Under the pieces are notes generated by a model. It was not told the origin of the DNA. It saw only the letters and a list, made by a program, of their open reading frames with translations, and made no database searches. This document shows, piece after piece, positions 13,608-26,890 of a stretch of DNA of 64,000 nt. A program made the translations under genes and the position numbers. Each line of letters opens with the position of its first letter. Position 1 is the stretch's first letter. The stretch lies in the NCBI RefSeq assembly GCF_009914755.1, contig NC_060935.1; one strand, given 5' to 3'. Source of the stretch: the human T2T-CHM13v2.0 reference genome, Homo sapiens.

Positions 13608-14599
13608 TGAATAAGGTTTTCTGACAGGCTTAATGGCCACACAATGAAAAGGTACATTTTTCCTTGAGTTTCAGCTTCTGAAGCAAAGTTTGTCCTGGTA
13701 GATAAAGAGAAAGCCAATCTCTTTCCTGTGGAAATAAAACCTTCACTTGATTTGCCTAATGCTGCCTCCTTTCTAAATGGTGGGCCCCTAGAAATCAGGA
13801 CCAAAGGATTTGTAATTTGGGGGTCACAATACAAAGTGTTCAATTACTTTAAATAGATCCACAAATCAACACAACTTTTCAAAGCCCTCAAAGAAACATA
13901 TTCATAGACACTCCAATAATTAATCATTTTCTTACCTGTCAAATCCCTTTTTATAAACTAAATGCATTGATATTTGGCATGCAGATGGCAGCAGAATGGA
14001 ATTGTAATTGCTCATTAAGCATCTCAACCATGGGTCTTAACGCTTTCTTTCGGTCCAGCTATTACAATATGCATGGACATTAGAAAAGAGAGATGGAGAG
14101 GTCTGTCTCAAAAAGGTTTCTATTTTTCCAAAGCTTATTGAAATAGATATTATTTTATCCAGACTAAGTTTTCTACCTGCAGATCTTTATGTCTATTTCT
14201 TCTTTAAAACATCTTCCTCTTTAAAACATCTACCAGCATAACATGTGTTATTATGCCCCAAAACAGACTTGAAATAATTAAAATATATTTGTTTTATAAA
14301 TGTATTCAACATAAGTCAAAAAATTATGGAATATTGCTATTCATTGAGTTGTTACAGGATATCAAGTCTAACCCTCCACTGGCTGCTTAAATCCCTACTA
14401 TGGTACCTTATGAAATTGCTATTCTAGCTTCTACTTGAATATCATGAATGAGAAAAAATCTACTACCTATCCATTTTTCCAAGGTTACCTCTCCATTTTT
14501 ATGCATTATTACCTAATGAAAGCCAAAATGTGCTATCTTATAGCTTTGTGGTTTTGAGAAAACAGAGATCGAATCTGTTTCCTCTTCCACATGACAACT

Positions 14600-15605
14600 C
14601 AAGTCAACAGATATTTATTGAATCTGAACCAGGCACTGTGCTGTGTACTGGATATTGAATGAATGGATGACACATGGTCCTTGTTTTAGAGATACTTATA
14701 TTTGTATGGGTAAGACTGATGTGGATTAGTATACTCGGAGTGTTCAGATGCATAGAAAGGGATACTTAATCCAAATTTTGAGGGGTAGGGGAAGTCTTAA
14801 CTAAATTTTTAAGGACAAATAGGAGTTAGCCAAAGAATTAATTCCCTAGAAGAAAAATTTAAGCAATGGTGTACAAATGAGAAATTGTAGGCTGTAATAT
14901 ATTTGAAAACAAGCTCCCCTTGCATTTCTACAAGTAGAAAGACATGAAGAGGGAGTGATAGGCAACAGGGCTAGAGACATAGACAAGAATCAGATCAAGA
15001 AACTTGTACACTACACCTAAAACCTCTAAAGTGGTTTTAAAAGAAGAATCATACAACAGATTTACTCTTTTGTTAGATCATCTTGGTAACAAGAGAAACA
15101 AGGGTAGAAGAGACAAGACTATTTAAGAAGTTATTACAGTAAGCCAAGTAAAAATGATAAAAAGCTGAATCCAATCTGTAGTAATGTGGACGCATTAAAG
15201 AAATATTTATGAAGTAAAACTGACAGGTCTGGATAACTAATTAGATGTACAGGGTAGAGGAGGATGACAGCTCAAAGATGACTCTTCGGCTTCTAACTTA
15301 AGTAATTGGTTGACTGTTGGTACTGCTAATTGTGGGTACATCAAGTTGGAGATGCTAGTATAAGTTGAGGTTGGATTTCTTTTTTTACAAAGTTTGATGT
15401 AATTTTAAAATACCATTTAAGATGAATGGTTTGTAACTGAATACAAGTCTGCCGCTCAGAGGAAGATTGGTCTTGGAAAAATAAACCCAGCATCTAAGTG
15501 AATAATTATCAGCTCAAGAGTATGTGAGATCACCCAGGCATAGAAAACAACCTGAGAGAGGAGAAGCATAAAAAGAGAAGCCTGAGGAACAACATTTACG
15601 GGAAT
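14600..15605 (-). mobile_element. L2 LINE fragment
   Basis: CAACAGATATTTATTGA..CCAGGCACTGTGCT; purine-rich L2 body. Confidence 0.7.
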
Positions 15606-15849
15606 TTCCAATAGCTGAAGACAGCCATTGTGTTCCTTCTTTGGATTTTTCTCTTCTACACTAAACATTTACCGATTTTTTCATTGTATCTTCTATTCAA
15701 TTGCCTTCAAAGATGCTTCATGTTGCTGATTTTTCTTCTAAAACAGGATGCTCTTGATTGATGCTAATCCATGAGCTGTGGACTGACTAGAGCTGAGAAG
15801 ATGGTCTCCATTCTGGATGTCATAAGGAACAGAAATGGCAAGCAATTCA

Positions 15850-16200
15850 CCAATCTGTGTGCTCCTACTTCCTTACTATAGATTTGTCCATAGAAGGCAG
15901 GAACTGTATTTCCTCATCTCTCTTGCTAATGAAATGTGAGGAGAAATGACGTGTATCCTCTCTACTCTTTCTTTCCTCCCCTTTAAGCTAAATGCAAATG
16001 ACAATGAGGCCAATGCTTAGAGGACTGCTGAGCCATGAGATGGAAGGAACTCAGGACATGGAAGAAAACAACATATGAGACAAGATATATCTATCTGAGT
16101 CTGACAGTTAAATGAAAAAGAATTAAATTTCAATTATGTTATGCCACTGAGACTTAGAGGTCTACTTTTTTGCAGTAGCTATTACTCTAACCTAATACCA
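15850..16200 (+). mobile_element. MLT1 LTR fragment
   Basis: GAGCCATGAGATGGAAGGAAC..GCCACTGAGACTTAGAGG..CCTAATAC. Confidence 0.6.
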
Positions 16201-16285
16201 TACCCCTAATAAAACAATGTAAGAAAACATTAATTTTGAGAGGAGGGACATCGCACCAACATGTTTTCAACTAAAATCCCTCCCA

Positions 16286-17036
16286 TAGAGAGAAAGGTCT
16301 GTGAGAGGGAAGTCTAGAGTAGATGGAAGTGAGGAAAGATCGGAAGCCAGATGAAAACGCACTACATCCAAAGGAGTGATTGGGAACTGGGGAAAAGCTT
16401 GGGCTCCTGGGATGGACAGGAGGAGGACAGATTACCTTTGATTTCATTCCATTTTTATTCTTTTAATTCTCCCATCTTCAAGTCCTGCAAAACTCAAAGC
16501 AGAACTTTACATGCATCCCTAATAAATTTCATCTTACTAGATTTGGCTGATGACTGAATATTTTGAAGATCCATTTGGAATTTGATTTTTGTCCATGCAG
16601 TATGTTAACTATTTCTTTCAACTCTTTGGCATCCACAAATTTGACCAACTATCTTTGAACCATTATCAAAAATAATTGAAAAGTTGGGCTTGGGCTACCA
16701 TTTTCAGAAGTGTTTCTGTAATTGCATTTTGCATGAGCTCTCTATGGGTCTTTCCCAACCCTACTGATACGCTCCCCTCCCCCAACTTAATCAAACTTCT
16801 ATAATTCTACTCAACTACTGCTTTGAGTTTTGCAGGACTTGAAGATGGGAGAATTAAAAGAATAAAAGTGGAATGAAATCAAAGGGAATCTGTCCTCCTT
16901 CTGTCCATCTCAGGAGCCCAAGCTTTTCCCCAGTTCCCAATCACCCCTTTGGATGTAGTGCCTTTTCATCTGGCTTCTCATCTTTCCCCACTTCCATTTA
17001 CCCATTACACTTCCCTCTCACAGACCTTTCTCTCTA
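16286..17036. repeat. long inverted repeat: arms 16286-16502 and 16818-17036, 315-bp spacer
   Basis: hand alignment of arm 1 to the reverse complement of arm 2 gives ~93% identity; inner ~50 bp identical. Confidence 0.95.
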
Positions 17037-17538
17037 AAACCAAACTGTCGCATCACTTCCTGCTAAAGACCTCCAGTGACTTCCCATTAAATCCTACTCC
17101 CTTCGCGTAGTGTACAAAGATGTTTTTGAGATGGACCCCATCAGTCTCATTTTCCTTCACCTCCATCATAAACTCCTTGTCACTCACCAAATGTACTATG
17201 ACTTTCCATAGGTCCATAGGTTGTAAATATTGTTCTTCAGCTTGAACTGATGTTTCCCATACTTTTCTACCTCCCTTTTCTTTGGGATATATACCGAGAT
17301 GAGGTGTATATCTGGATCATATGGTCGCTCTATTTTAACTTTGTGAGAAACTTCCATACTGTTAGTTGCCTTCTCCTCTATGTCTTCACATTTACTCTGC
17401 TCAGCTTCACTGCTTACAATTCCTTTTTCCTCCTCCAGCCTGCGAGCATGTTAAGGACAGGTCTGTGGCTCTCAGCTCGATTTCCCTTGCTCCTAGCACA
17501 GGGTGTCCTTCGCAATTGGTTTTCAATAAATATGTGTT

Positions 17539-17840
17539 GGCCAGGCGCGGTGGCTCAAGCCTGTAATCCCAGCACTTTGGGAGGCCCAGGCGGGTGGATC
17601 ACGAGGTCAGGAGATTGAGACCATCCTGGCTAACACGGTGAAACCCCGTCTCTACTAAAAATACAAAAAAAAATTAGCCGGGCATGGTGGCCCACGCCTG
17701 TAGTCCCGGCTACTCGGGAGGCTGAGGCAGGAGAATGGCGTGAACTCAGGAGGCGGAAGCTTGCAGTGAGCCGAGATCACGCCACTGCACTCTAGCCTGG
17801 GCAAGAGAGCGAGACTCCATCTCAAAAATAAATGAATAAA
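17539..17840 (+). mobile_element. AluY
   Basis: GAGACCATCCTGGCTAACACGG, GAATGGCGTGAAC, CTTGCAGTGAGCCGAG; TSD-like AATAAATATGTGTT/AATAAATAGATGTT. Confidence 0.93.
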
Positions 17841-18149
17841 TAGATGTTGAAATAATGAATGATTATAGAGGGAAACACAAATGGTCAGTAAATGGAAAAA
17901 AAGGTGGTAAAAGGTGCAAGACAAACTTCTGATAAGGAAACAAAAAGTTCAAATTGCCAATGTTTGTGCAGCTTTAGGAGAAACATACATGCATTGTATG
18001 TCTTCCAACTTGATTAATGTATAATTGGCAAATAGAAATTGTATATATTTAAGGTGTACAACATGATATATTGATGTATGTATACACTGTGAAACAATTA
18101 CCACAATCAAGCTAATTAATATATTAATCACTTCACGTAGTTACTATTG

Positions 18150-18152
<3 letters not shown>

Positions 18153-18182
<30 letters not shown>
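18153..18182. repeat. (TG)n microsatellite
   Basis: ~15 TG units. Confidence 0.95.
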
Positions 18183-18183
<1 letters not shown>

Positions 18184-18548
18184 TGAAAATTTGTAAGATC
18201 AACTTTCTTAGCAACTTTTAAGTATGCAATGCATTATTATTAACTATATTCTTATGTTATACATTAGATCTCCAGAACTTATTCATTCTACATGATCAGC
18301 ACTTTGTACCCTTTGACCAATATCTCCCCATTTCCTCCACTCCCCAGCCCCTGGCAACCACTGTTCTACTCTCTACAACTATGAGTTCTAGTTTAATTTA
18401 GAATCCACATCTCAATTAGACCATGCAACACTTCTCTTTCTCTGTCTGGCTTATTTCACGGTATCATGTCCCCCAGGTTCATCCATGTTGTTACAGATGG
18501 CAGGATTTCCTTCCTTTTTAAGGCTAAGTAATATTTCATTTTATATAT

Positions 18549-18890
18549 ATACTCATGGACCACATAATGTTTTGGTCAATAACAGACTGTATATGCAATG
18601 GCATCCCATAAGATCATAATACTGTATTTTTACTATACCTTTTCTATGTTCAGATACCTTTAGATACACACAGAGCCATTTTGTTACCATTGCCTACAAT
18701 ATTCAGTACAGTAACATGCTATACAGGTTTTTAGCCTAGGAACAACAGGCTGTACCATATAGCCTAGGTGTGTAATAGGCTACACCACCTAGGTTTGTGT
18801 AAGTATACTCTATGATGTTTGCACAACAACAAAATCACTCACAAACACATTTTTCAGAATGTATTCCCATTGTTAAGTGATACATGTCTT
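18549..18890. mobile_element. Tigger3a/MER7A DNA transposon nested in L1
   Basis: CAGTACAGTAACATGC..TAGCCTAGG..CCATATAGCCTAGGTGTG..CTAGGTTTGTGTAAGTA; TA-rich flanks. Confidence 0.85.
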
Positions 18891-20135
18891 TATAGACGAT
18901 TGAATATATAGATATGTGTATATCAAGGAGCAATAGGCTCCTAGATGCACACACCACATTTTATTCATTCATCCATTGGTGGAAAATCAGAATGATTCTA
19001 CATCCTGGCTATTATGAATAATGCTTCCATGAATATGAGAGTGCAGATATTTCTTCGACATACTGCTTTTATTGCCTTTGATGGCAGATGGAGGATTGCT
19101 GGATCATATGGTAATTCTATTTTAAAATTTTTTTTAGAAAACGTCATGCTGTTTTCCATAATAACAGTACTAATTTAAATTCTCACCAATAGTGTACAAG
19201 AGTTTTCTTTTCTCCACATCACACCAACGCATGTTACCTTCTGTTTTTTTATTATAGCCATCCTAACAGGTGTAAAAATGGCTCAGATATCTCATTGCCA
19301 TAAATGCATTATTGTCCACTTCATTAACATGTGACTTTAAGAACCAGCATTTTTTTATTTTCAGAATGACTAAAGGTCATCATATGTACACAGAGCTTTA
19401 TCTTTATGAGACCTGGACCTACAAGGATATGTAATGTATAATACAACATAATAGACTAAGAAATTCCCTTTATATTTAACTATGGATATAGTTAAGTATG
19501 AAACTTCCTTAATATTTAAATTTTTAATACTGGTTCTAAAATCAGCACTCTTGTACCTGGTCAGCTCAAAATACTATTATTTATTTATTTTTGTTTGTTT
19601 TAATAAAATAATGAAGAATATCAATGAAAAATGTCCAAATACATGGAAATAAATTGAGTAAAAAGAATAAATCCAGTAATTAGTCTGGGAGTACAAAGCA
19701 GGGTTGATTTCATTACATAATCATTTCCAAAGGGAACTAGCTGTCTTCCTTTTGAATCTTGATTAAAGGTGTGCATAGGAAGGATATTCTACTCCATGTT
19801 CCTTGGGGATTTCTTTCCATGATCTGGTTTCCCTTGAGTAGTTGGTATGATTAACTGGGCTGGTTTCTTTTATAATTGTCCTGAAGCGCTTTGCATTTTG
19901 CAAAACTGCTTCGCAATTGTTTTTTTCTCAGGATGTACTTAAAAATGAATCCATTAGGTGTAGCGGGCAAGCACAGCTCAGGGAGGTGTTGTTAGCAAAG
20001 CCAGAATAAAATCACAGAAAGTCTTCCCATTTTTTTAGGGTGCTCAAAGTGCTTTTCTCAAAATATTTGCATTTCCAAAACTCAAATATGTCCAGAAGAA
20101 CGGTGAACTTAGCTTTTCCTCTTTGGATTTAGGAT

Positions 20136-20278
20136 AGAGTTGTCAGATAAAATACAGGATGTCCAGTTAAATTTGAATTTCAGATAAACAATGAGTATTT
20201 TTTTAGTATAATTAGGCCCCATGTAATACTAGAAATTCTAATAGTTCTGCATTTTATTTGCTAAATCTGGGAATCTTA
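20136..20278. mobile_element. MER53 MITE, one arm partly deleted
   Basis: CAGATAAAATACAGGATGTCCAGTTAAATTTGAATTTCAGATAAACAA..TTTATTTGCTAAATCTGG. Confidence 0.85.
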
Positions 20279-20454
20279 ACTTAGGAAGATAATGTTACTC
20301 ACCCCAGAGCTGTATGAACTTTGGGCAAGGAACTTAATGGATTGAAATCTCCTCATCTCTAAAAATAAAATGTTGTACTACAAAAATTGCAAGTGCATTT
20401 TATTTCTAATTCAGCTATGATACAACATCTTTTCATCATGCAAGATTTATCTAG

Positions 20455-20650
20455 AGGTATAATTACGGGTCATGCAAAGAGTGCCCCATTTGGAGTAAGA
20501 AGGATCTGAGTTTGATCCCACCATTAATTAACTATGTGATCTTAGGCAATCAAATTCTTGAAATCTCGGATTCTTTATCTACAAAAATGGGGATAAGGTA
20601 CTCATTATAAGGGTCAAATTAGTTGATGTGTATAGAAGTGTTTTGGACCT
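20455..20650 (+). mobile_element. MIR SINE
   Basis: CTATGTGATCTTAGGCAA..TTCTTTATCTACAAAAATGGGGATAA. Confidence 0.7.
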
Positions 20651-22053
20651 ATGTGAAGTCATAAGCAGATTATGACTTACTAGGAAGAAGTTACTCTCAA
20701 GCAATGTAAAATGAGTTATTAGCTAAGTTGCATGGTCAGAGATCCGTTCTCCTGTATGACTCAAACCAAGTTTTCAAGCTCAGGTAAGTTCTTAAAAAGG
20801 TACCCACAAGTAGTCATTTTACTATCTTTGCTCTTTGTATTTTAGGAGACTTACGGTTCAAGCGTCAGCTCTACACCTCGGTTTCTTCAAATAGCAAATG
20901 AGCAAAAATAATACCCACTGCACACATGTATCATGAGAGCTGAGTGTGAAAACATAGAAAACACCTGGCACACAGAGTTTCTCACTAGAAATATCAGTTC
21001 CTGCTCTTCTCTATGGTTCTCTTGGATGCCTCAGTTGAAGCCTGCTCTGGGTACAGACCACTGGTGAGTGGGTGTGTTTAAGGCGCGGGCCTCTGTTTCC
21101 ATTCCCCTTTTCTATGTAGCAGTTCTGTTGTCAGAGCCCAGCAGGACTAGGAAGGCCTCTTCCAATCTCCAGATCTCCCTCTATGAGGGAGCCTGAGATG
21201 CCTAACATGTTTTGTATCTTCTGATCTCTAGGGACTCAGAAGACAATAATAACCTTCCCTAACCTCAACCAGATTCAAACCAGAAAGTGGCAAGAGAAAA
21301 GTCGCCTTGACCCAAAGGGGCATCCAGCCTCTCCCATTTCAGACGCAGGATAATGCAATCCAGACCACATGAAATTTCCCGTATTTGAAGACTGCCTCAG
21401 CCCTCTTTGCACCAGGCTTTCCAGCCTCTCTCCCTCTTGCCTCAGACTAAGCTCTCCCTCAACCACATTGTGTGACCAGGCCAATCCTTGGAGACAGAGA
21501 GATGTCTGCACTAGGGAACTTCCAAGCTGCCCAGGGGATGATGAATTCACCCCTGGCAGAAGCCAACTTGGAAACGGCATCACGGTGCTTTGTGAACATA
21601 TCTATGGTGCAACACTGACCTCCAGTGGCTGAGCCAGGAGGCAACCACTGCCCACACTGTCTCAGGCAACCCTGTCCTCCCGGAGGCTAGCGTACAGGAT
21701 GATAAGCTCTTCTTGGAACCACTTCCCAGAACACCTATGCACAATATCTTTAAAAAAAAAAAAAAAAAAAAGAGAGAGAGAGCAAAAACATAAGCCCAGA
21801 GTTACTCACCAATTGAATCCGACCATGTCACTCCACCACTTAGAAAACGTATGTGGTTAGTAGTCCCTCTATTGATCACAGAATAAAGTCTAAAGTTCTT
21901 AGTACCACAGACAGAGTTCTTTAGGATCTGGGTATGACTACCTGTCATTTCCTACAATGTCCTCTTTCATTAATACACACCAGACTTTCCCCTAGTCTCT
22001 AAATGGCCTGCTCTATTTTAAGTTGAGCAGTAGAGGGTCCTCTATTTAAATGA

Positions 22054-22335
<282 letters not shown>

Positions 22336-22752
22336 TTGGAAGGGTTTCATGTCAAAAATTGCCATCTTAGTGACACTTTCAGTATTATCTCTCCTTACCA
22401 CTGTAGAATTAATTTTGTTTTCAAAACATACAGCAAGTGGAGTTAAAAACAATCCATTTATTTATTCAAAAAACAATAATAAGACATCTATTATAATGCC
22501 AGTCATTGTCCTGGATAGTCAGGATAACAGATAAAAGAGGCATGCTTTCTGACCTCAGAATGCATATAGACTAGTGGAGAATACATAGAGAAATCATTGC
22601 CATAAAGTATAGCAAGGAGCTATGTGCAAATTACACAACTGGCTTAAGAATGGAGGTCATCCCTTCAGCCTGTGCAAAAGGCAATTAGAGATCCTGCCCC
22701 AACAGTGAGAGGCATTGTCTGGGTCTTGAAGGAGTAGGAGTTAGCCAGGCAC

Positions 22753-23207
<455 letters not shown>

Positions 23208-23466
23208 TCAAGAGTGTAAAATGTTGGTTATGGGAATGAGGAGTCATTAAAGGCTCTTGAATGAAAGCACTATTTAGAAGGAATACGCTGGCACAACTAG
23301 CAATAGCACATAAGGAAAGCAAAAAGAAATCAAAATTAGGTTTCTTCCTGTTCTTGGTACTCAGAGTCACTGGGGTGTCAGTCCAATCTAATCTGAGAGG
23401 CTAAAGTAAGGTCAGTGAGTGGGTAAACAGACAGGTCAGGCACAGGACATAAACGGAGAAGACCTA

Positions 23467-23832
<366 letters not shown>

Positions 23833-24699
23833 TCAGAAAGTAAGAGGTCCAGGTCCAGGTGAAAATGTGGAGAAGTCCCACCTTAGTCTAGTGAACAGCA
23901 CCTTGCTGGATCATGGTCACTTTGAAAGGGCTGGATCCTGACTGTCAAGGGAGAGGGTCCGATGAAGCTGCTCTAAAAAGTCTATTGTGACCCTGGAGGG
24001 CCTTCCCCCAAGGGACCAATGGAACTCCACTCATGATTCAAATATGTGTCCTGAGTATCTGGGAGATGACAGAGGCATGGGTCTGTTCCTCGGCCTCCAG
24101 ATAATAAGTACTGGCTGGACGTCCTGTCGCAGGATCTATTATGTGTCCTTTCTGGACATTTTATGAATGGGGGAAGATAGCTGTCCCTTGACATACAGGT
24201 GACTAAGATATCTGGAAGACAGTATAAACTGGAGACTGCATATCTATGCATTTTTGCATGTACACATCCCAGAGACATAAGGCACACAGATGAAGACCCA
24301 CGATCAATTTCTAATAGCGCCTCTCTTAGGGAAGGCAGCCGACGTAGGAAGAGGATGGTATGGACCTCCATCTCCCCTATACTGAGCTGCTATTGTTGTA
24401 CTTAACACAGCATAGTGCACCCGTCTGTTCACTTATCTATTTGTTACACTAGAAAACATGCTCCTTGAAGACAACAGACACATCTCCTTCAACTAGCACA
24501 GTCAGCATTCAATAAATATTGGTTGAATTAAAGAATAAATAAGCGACCCTGGGATGGGAGAAATTGGTTATAAAGTTCCCGCAGACACCTACGCATTGGA
24601 CTGGAGCACCAGAAGGTCCTGAATCTTCCTGGATTTGTCCTTTATCCTTTATAGACATTGCTAACATGTGAATTAGAACAATAAATGTTAATTTTGGAA

Positions 24700-24910
24700 A
24701 CAGATGAAAGTAATTTTGAATTCAAGCTGTGCCACTTTATTCGCTTGGGCAATTTACTTAAATTGCCTAAGACATTGTTTCCTCTCCTAAAATATAAAGA
24801 TAATAATAATACTCTTCTTACTAAAATGTGGCGAGAGTAAGAAATTATACATGTAAAGTGCAGGATGTAGCTAATAGTAGACCTCCAATGAATAGTGGCT
24901 GTTGTGATTA
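24700..24910 (+). mobile_element. MIR SINE
   Basis: CTTGGGCAATTTACTTAA..GTTTCCTCTCCTAAAAT..CATGTAAAGTGC. Confidence 0.7.
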
Positions 24911-24944
24911 TTGCATGGAGTCTCTCCTTACAATGGACTTTGAA

Positions 24945-25108
24945 CCAACACAAACCCCGGAAACCACAGTGGATAATTTTATCCAACAAGCACTTCTGGT
25001 GCAGGATTCAGGAACTAAAGAAGGCTTTGGTATGACTGGGGTGTTTTGCGTCCATGATTCTGTGGTGGAAACATACAGATGGGTGCTTGTGCACCAGCCG
25101 GACAATTC
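24945..25108 (+). repeat. local direct duplication A, copy 1 (partner 27636-27798)
   Basis: ~90% identical to 27636-27798 by hand alignment. Confidence 0.95.
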
Positions 25109-25279
25109 CAGGGGCCTTGCTGAATATGAAGTAATGTCAGTATGGGGGCATGCCTGCATCCATACATCAGTCTGCTGTTGCTGGAGTTAGGGGAGGGAAG
25201 CTATGAATTCCTCAGGTCCGAGAATCACTTATGGAGGCTACACAAGTACTTTGACATCCAAGACAAGACAAAGCACTAG

Positions 25280-26118
25280 TGAAACGAGAAAGGTTCCCTT
25301 GGCCCCCTTTCAGGGCATGTGATGGGGGTGTGGCTCGCTTCTTCAGTGCCCCGCTGCTCAAACCTCTAGGGGAGCATACAGACAGGAAGGCTGTGGGGTT
25401 TCAACCCCATGGCAGTGTCTAGGGGTGGATGTTTACAGCTCCTGAAGCCCCAGTGGGCATGTGTTACAGGGTGCTCTCTTAGTTTGCCGCCTACAGGCGG
25501 CTTGCGTTGACCAGCTCAATTAGACCCTCTAGCTTGTCCCAAAGACAGAGGGCTTTCTGTATCCCTGGATTTCTTGCCTTGGTGTACTGGAAGAATCTGA
25601 TCACGCATGGGTTTGGAGAATGAGTGCAAGGTTTTATTGAGTGGAAGTAGCTCTCAGCAGATGGGGGAGCCAGAAGGGAGATTTTTTCCCCTGGAGACCA
25701 GCCGCTTGGAGATCCGGGCTCTCCTGCGACTGCCCCAGCCAAACTCCCCGTCGCTCCGTGGTCTATGGCCTGCCGCCTGCTGGTGCCTATCGGGTGCTCT
25801 TCCGCTGCTGTGCTCTCAACTACCAGCCGCTTGCGTCTTCTTCCACGATGTGTTCCTCATGACATCCAGCCACTGTGTCTCTGCCTTGCTAAGGTTTCTG
25901 GTTTTTATAGGCCCAGGATGGTGGCGTGGGAGGGGGGCCAGGGTGGTCTTGGAAAATGCAACATTTGGGCGCCAAAGGCAGGAGCGCCTGTTGTCACCTA
26001 GGTCCTTGGGGGTGGAGCTCTATCCAGGGAACCACCTTTCTCTACTCAGCACTTCCCTTACCCCCTTCCCTGTCATTCAAAGGGACCACGTTCTTCCCTT
26101 CCCAGCACTTCCATATCA
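25280..26118 (-). mobile_element. ERV1 solo LTR, LTR1/LTR28-like
   Basis: minus-strand start TGATATGGAAGTGCTGGGAAGGGAAG; AATAAA on minus strand ~25633; TG..CA ends; 4-bp TSD CTAG. Confidence 0.8.
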
Positions 26119-26269
26119 CTAGTACTACATCCAAAGCACTAGTACTACAGATCTAGCTCCTACAATTATAGGTGACAGCATAAAGAAGTAAAAAAAAAAA
26201 AAAAAAAAAAAAGAAATGACACTCTTAGCTGAGGTTGCTGGTTAGAAAACAAAGATGTTTAATACCATA

Positions 26270-26890
26270 AAACTCACTCTGAAGTTGACTTCATAGAAGT
26301 AGAGTGTAAAATAGTGGTCACTAGAGACTGGAAAGGCATCAGAGGTGGTGGTGGGTGAGGACGGAAAACCAGAGGTTGATTAACAGACACAAAATTAGGG
26401 ACATGGATGAAATTGGAAAACATCATTCTCAGTAAACTATCGCAAGAACAAAAAGCCAAACACCGCATATTCTCACTCATAGGTGGGAACTGAACAATGA
26501 GATCACATGGACACAGGAAGGGGAATATCACACTCTGGGGACTGTTGTGGGGTGGGGGGAGGGGGGAGCGATAGCATTGGGAGATATACCTAATGCTAGA
26601 TGACGAGTTAGTGGGTGCAGTGCACCAGCATGGCACATGTATACATATGTAACTAACCTGCACAATGTGCACATGTACCCTAAAACTTAAAGTATAATAA
26701 AAAAAAATTATAGCTAGATAGGAGGAATAAGTTCTAGTGTTCTATAGCACTATAGAATGACTAAATTAGCAATGTACGCATATTTTCAAATAGCTAGAAG
26801 AGCAGATTCCGAGTATTCACACCATAAAGAAATCATCACACTGTACCCCATAAATATGTGCAATTATTACAAATCAATCAAAAATAACAA
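26270..26890 (+). mobile_element. L1MA 3' end, interrupted by young L1PA
   Basis: CATAGAAGTAGAGTGTAAAATAGTGGT..|TAGCTAGATAGGAGGAATAAGTTCTAGTGTTCTATAGCAC. Confidence 0.8.
26398..26707 (+). mobile_element. young 5'-truncated L1 (L1PA2-type)
   Basis: near-consensus 3' UTR; GATGACGAGTTAG (GAG at 26605-26607), CACAATGTG, CTTAAAGTAT; TSD AAAATTA. Confidence 0.9.

Larger units (their letters stand above)
14335..16700 (-). mobile_element. fragmented L3/CR1 LINE (pieces ~14335-14600, 15610-15830, 16200-16285, 16503-16700)
   Basis: CR1-like motifs CAAGTCTAACCCTCC, ACTTTACATGCATCCCTAATAAATTTCATC, GGCATCCACAAATTTGA. Confidence 0.55.
18005..19275 (-). mobile_element. L1MA/MB 3' region
   Basis: ATATTTAAGGTGTACAAC, CATCCATGTTGTTACAGATGGCAGGATTTCC, GCTGGATCATATGGTAATTCT. 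Confidence 0.85.

Noticed and set aside
17539-17570. GGCTCAAGCC as an Old World monkey AluY diagnostic
   Set aside because: Other macaque-lineage diagnostics (CTAGCCGGGCGAGG) are absent and an L1PA2-type element is present; likely a point mutation
20136-20278. MER53-derived miR-1302-like hairpin
   Set aside because: One arm is largely deleted and the mature-like sequence TTGGGACATACTTATGCTAAA is absent
21275-21790. Processed pseudogene ending in poly(A) at ~21751
   Set aside because: No recognisable protein, poly(A) signal or TSD; the A-run merges into (AG)n
24828-25190. 120-aa ORF with a paralogous peptide at 27603-27908, as a gene family
   Set aside because: Similarity comes from the 164-bp DNA duplication; copy 2 is frameshifted and both ORFs start in MIR or MLT1 DNA
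25607-26122. Longest ORF (171 aa) and local CpG richness
   Set aside because: Entirely within an ERV1 LTR on its antisense strand
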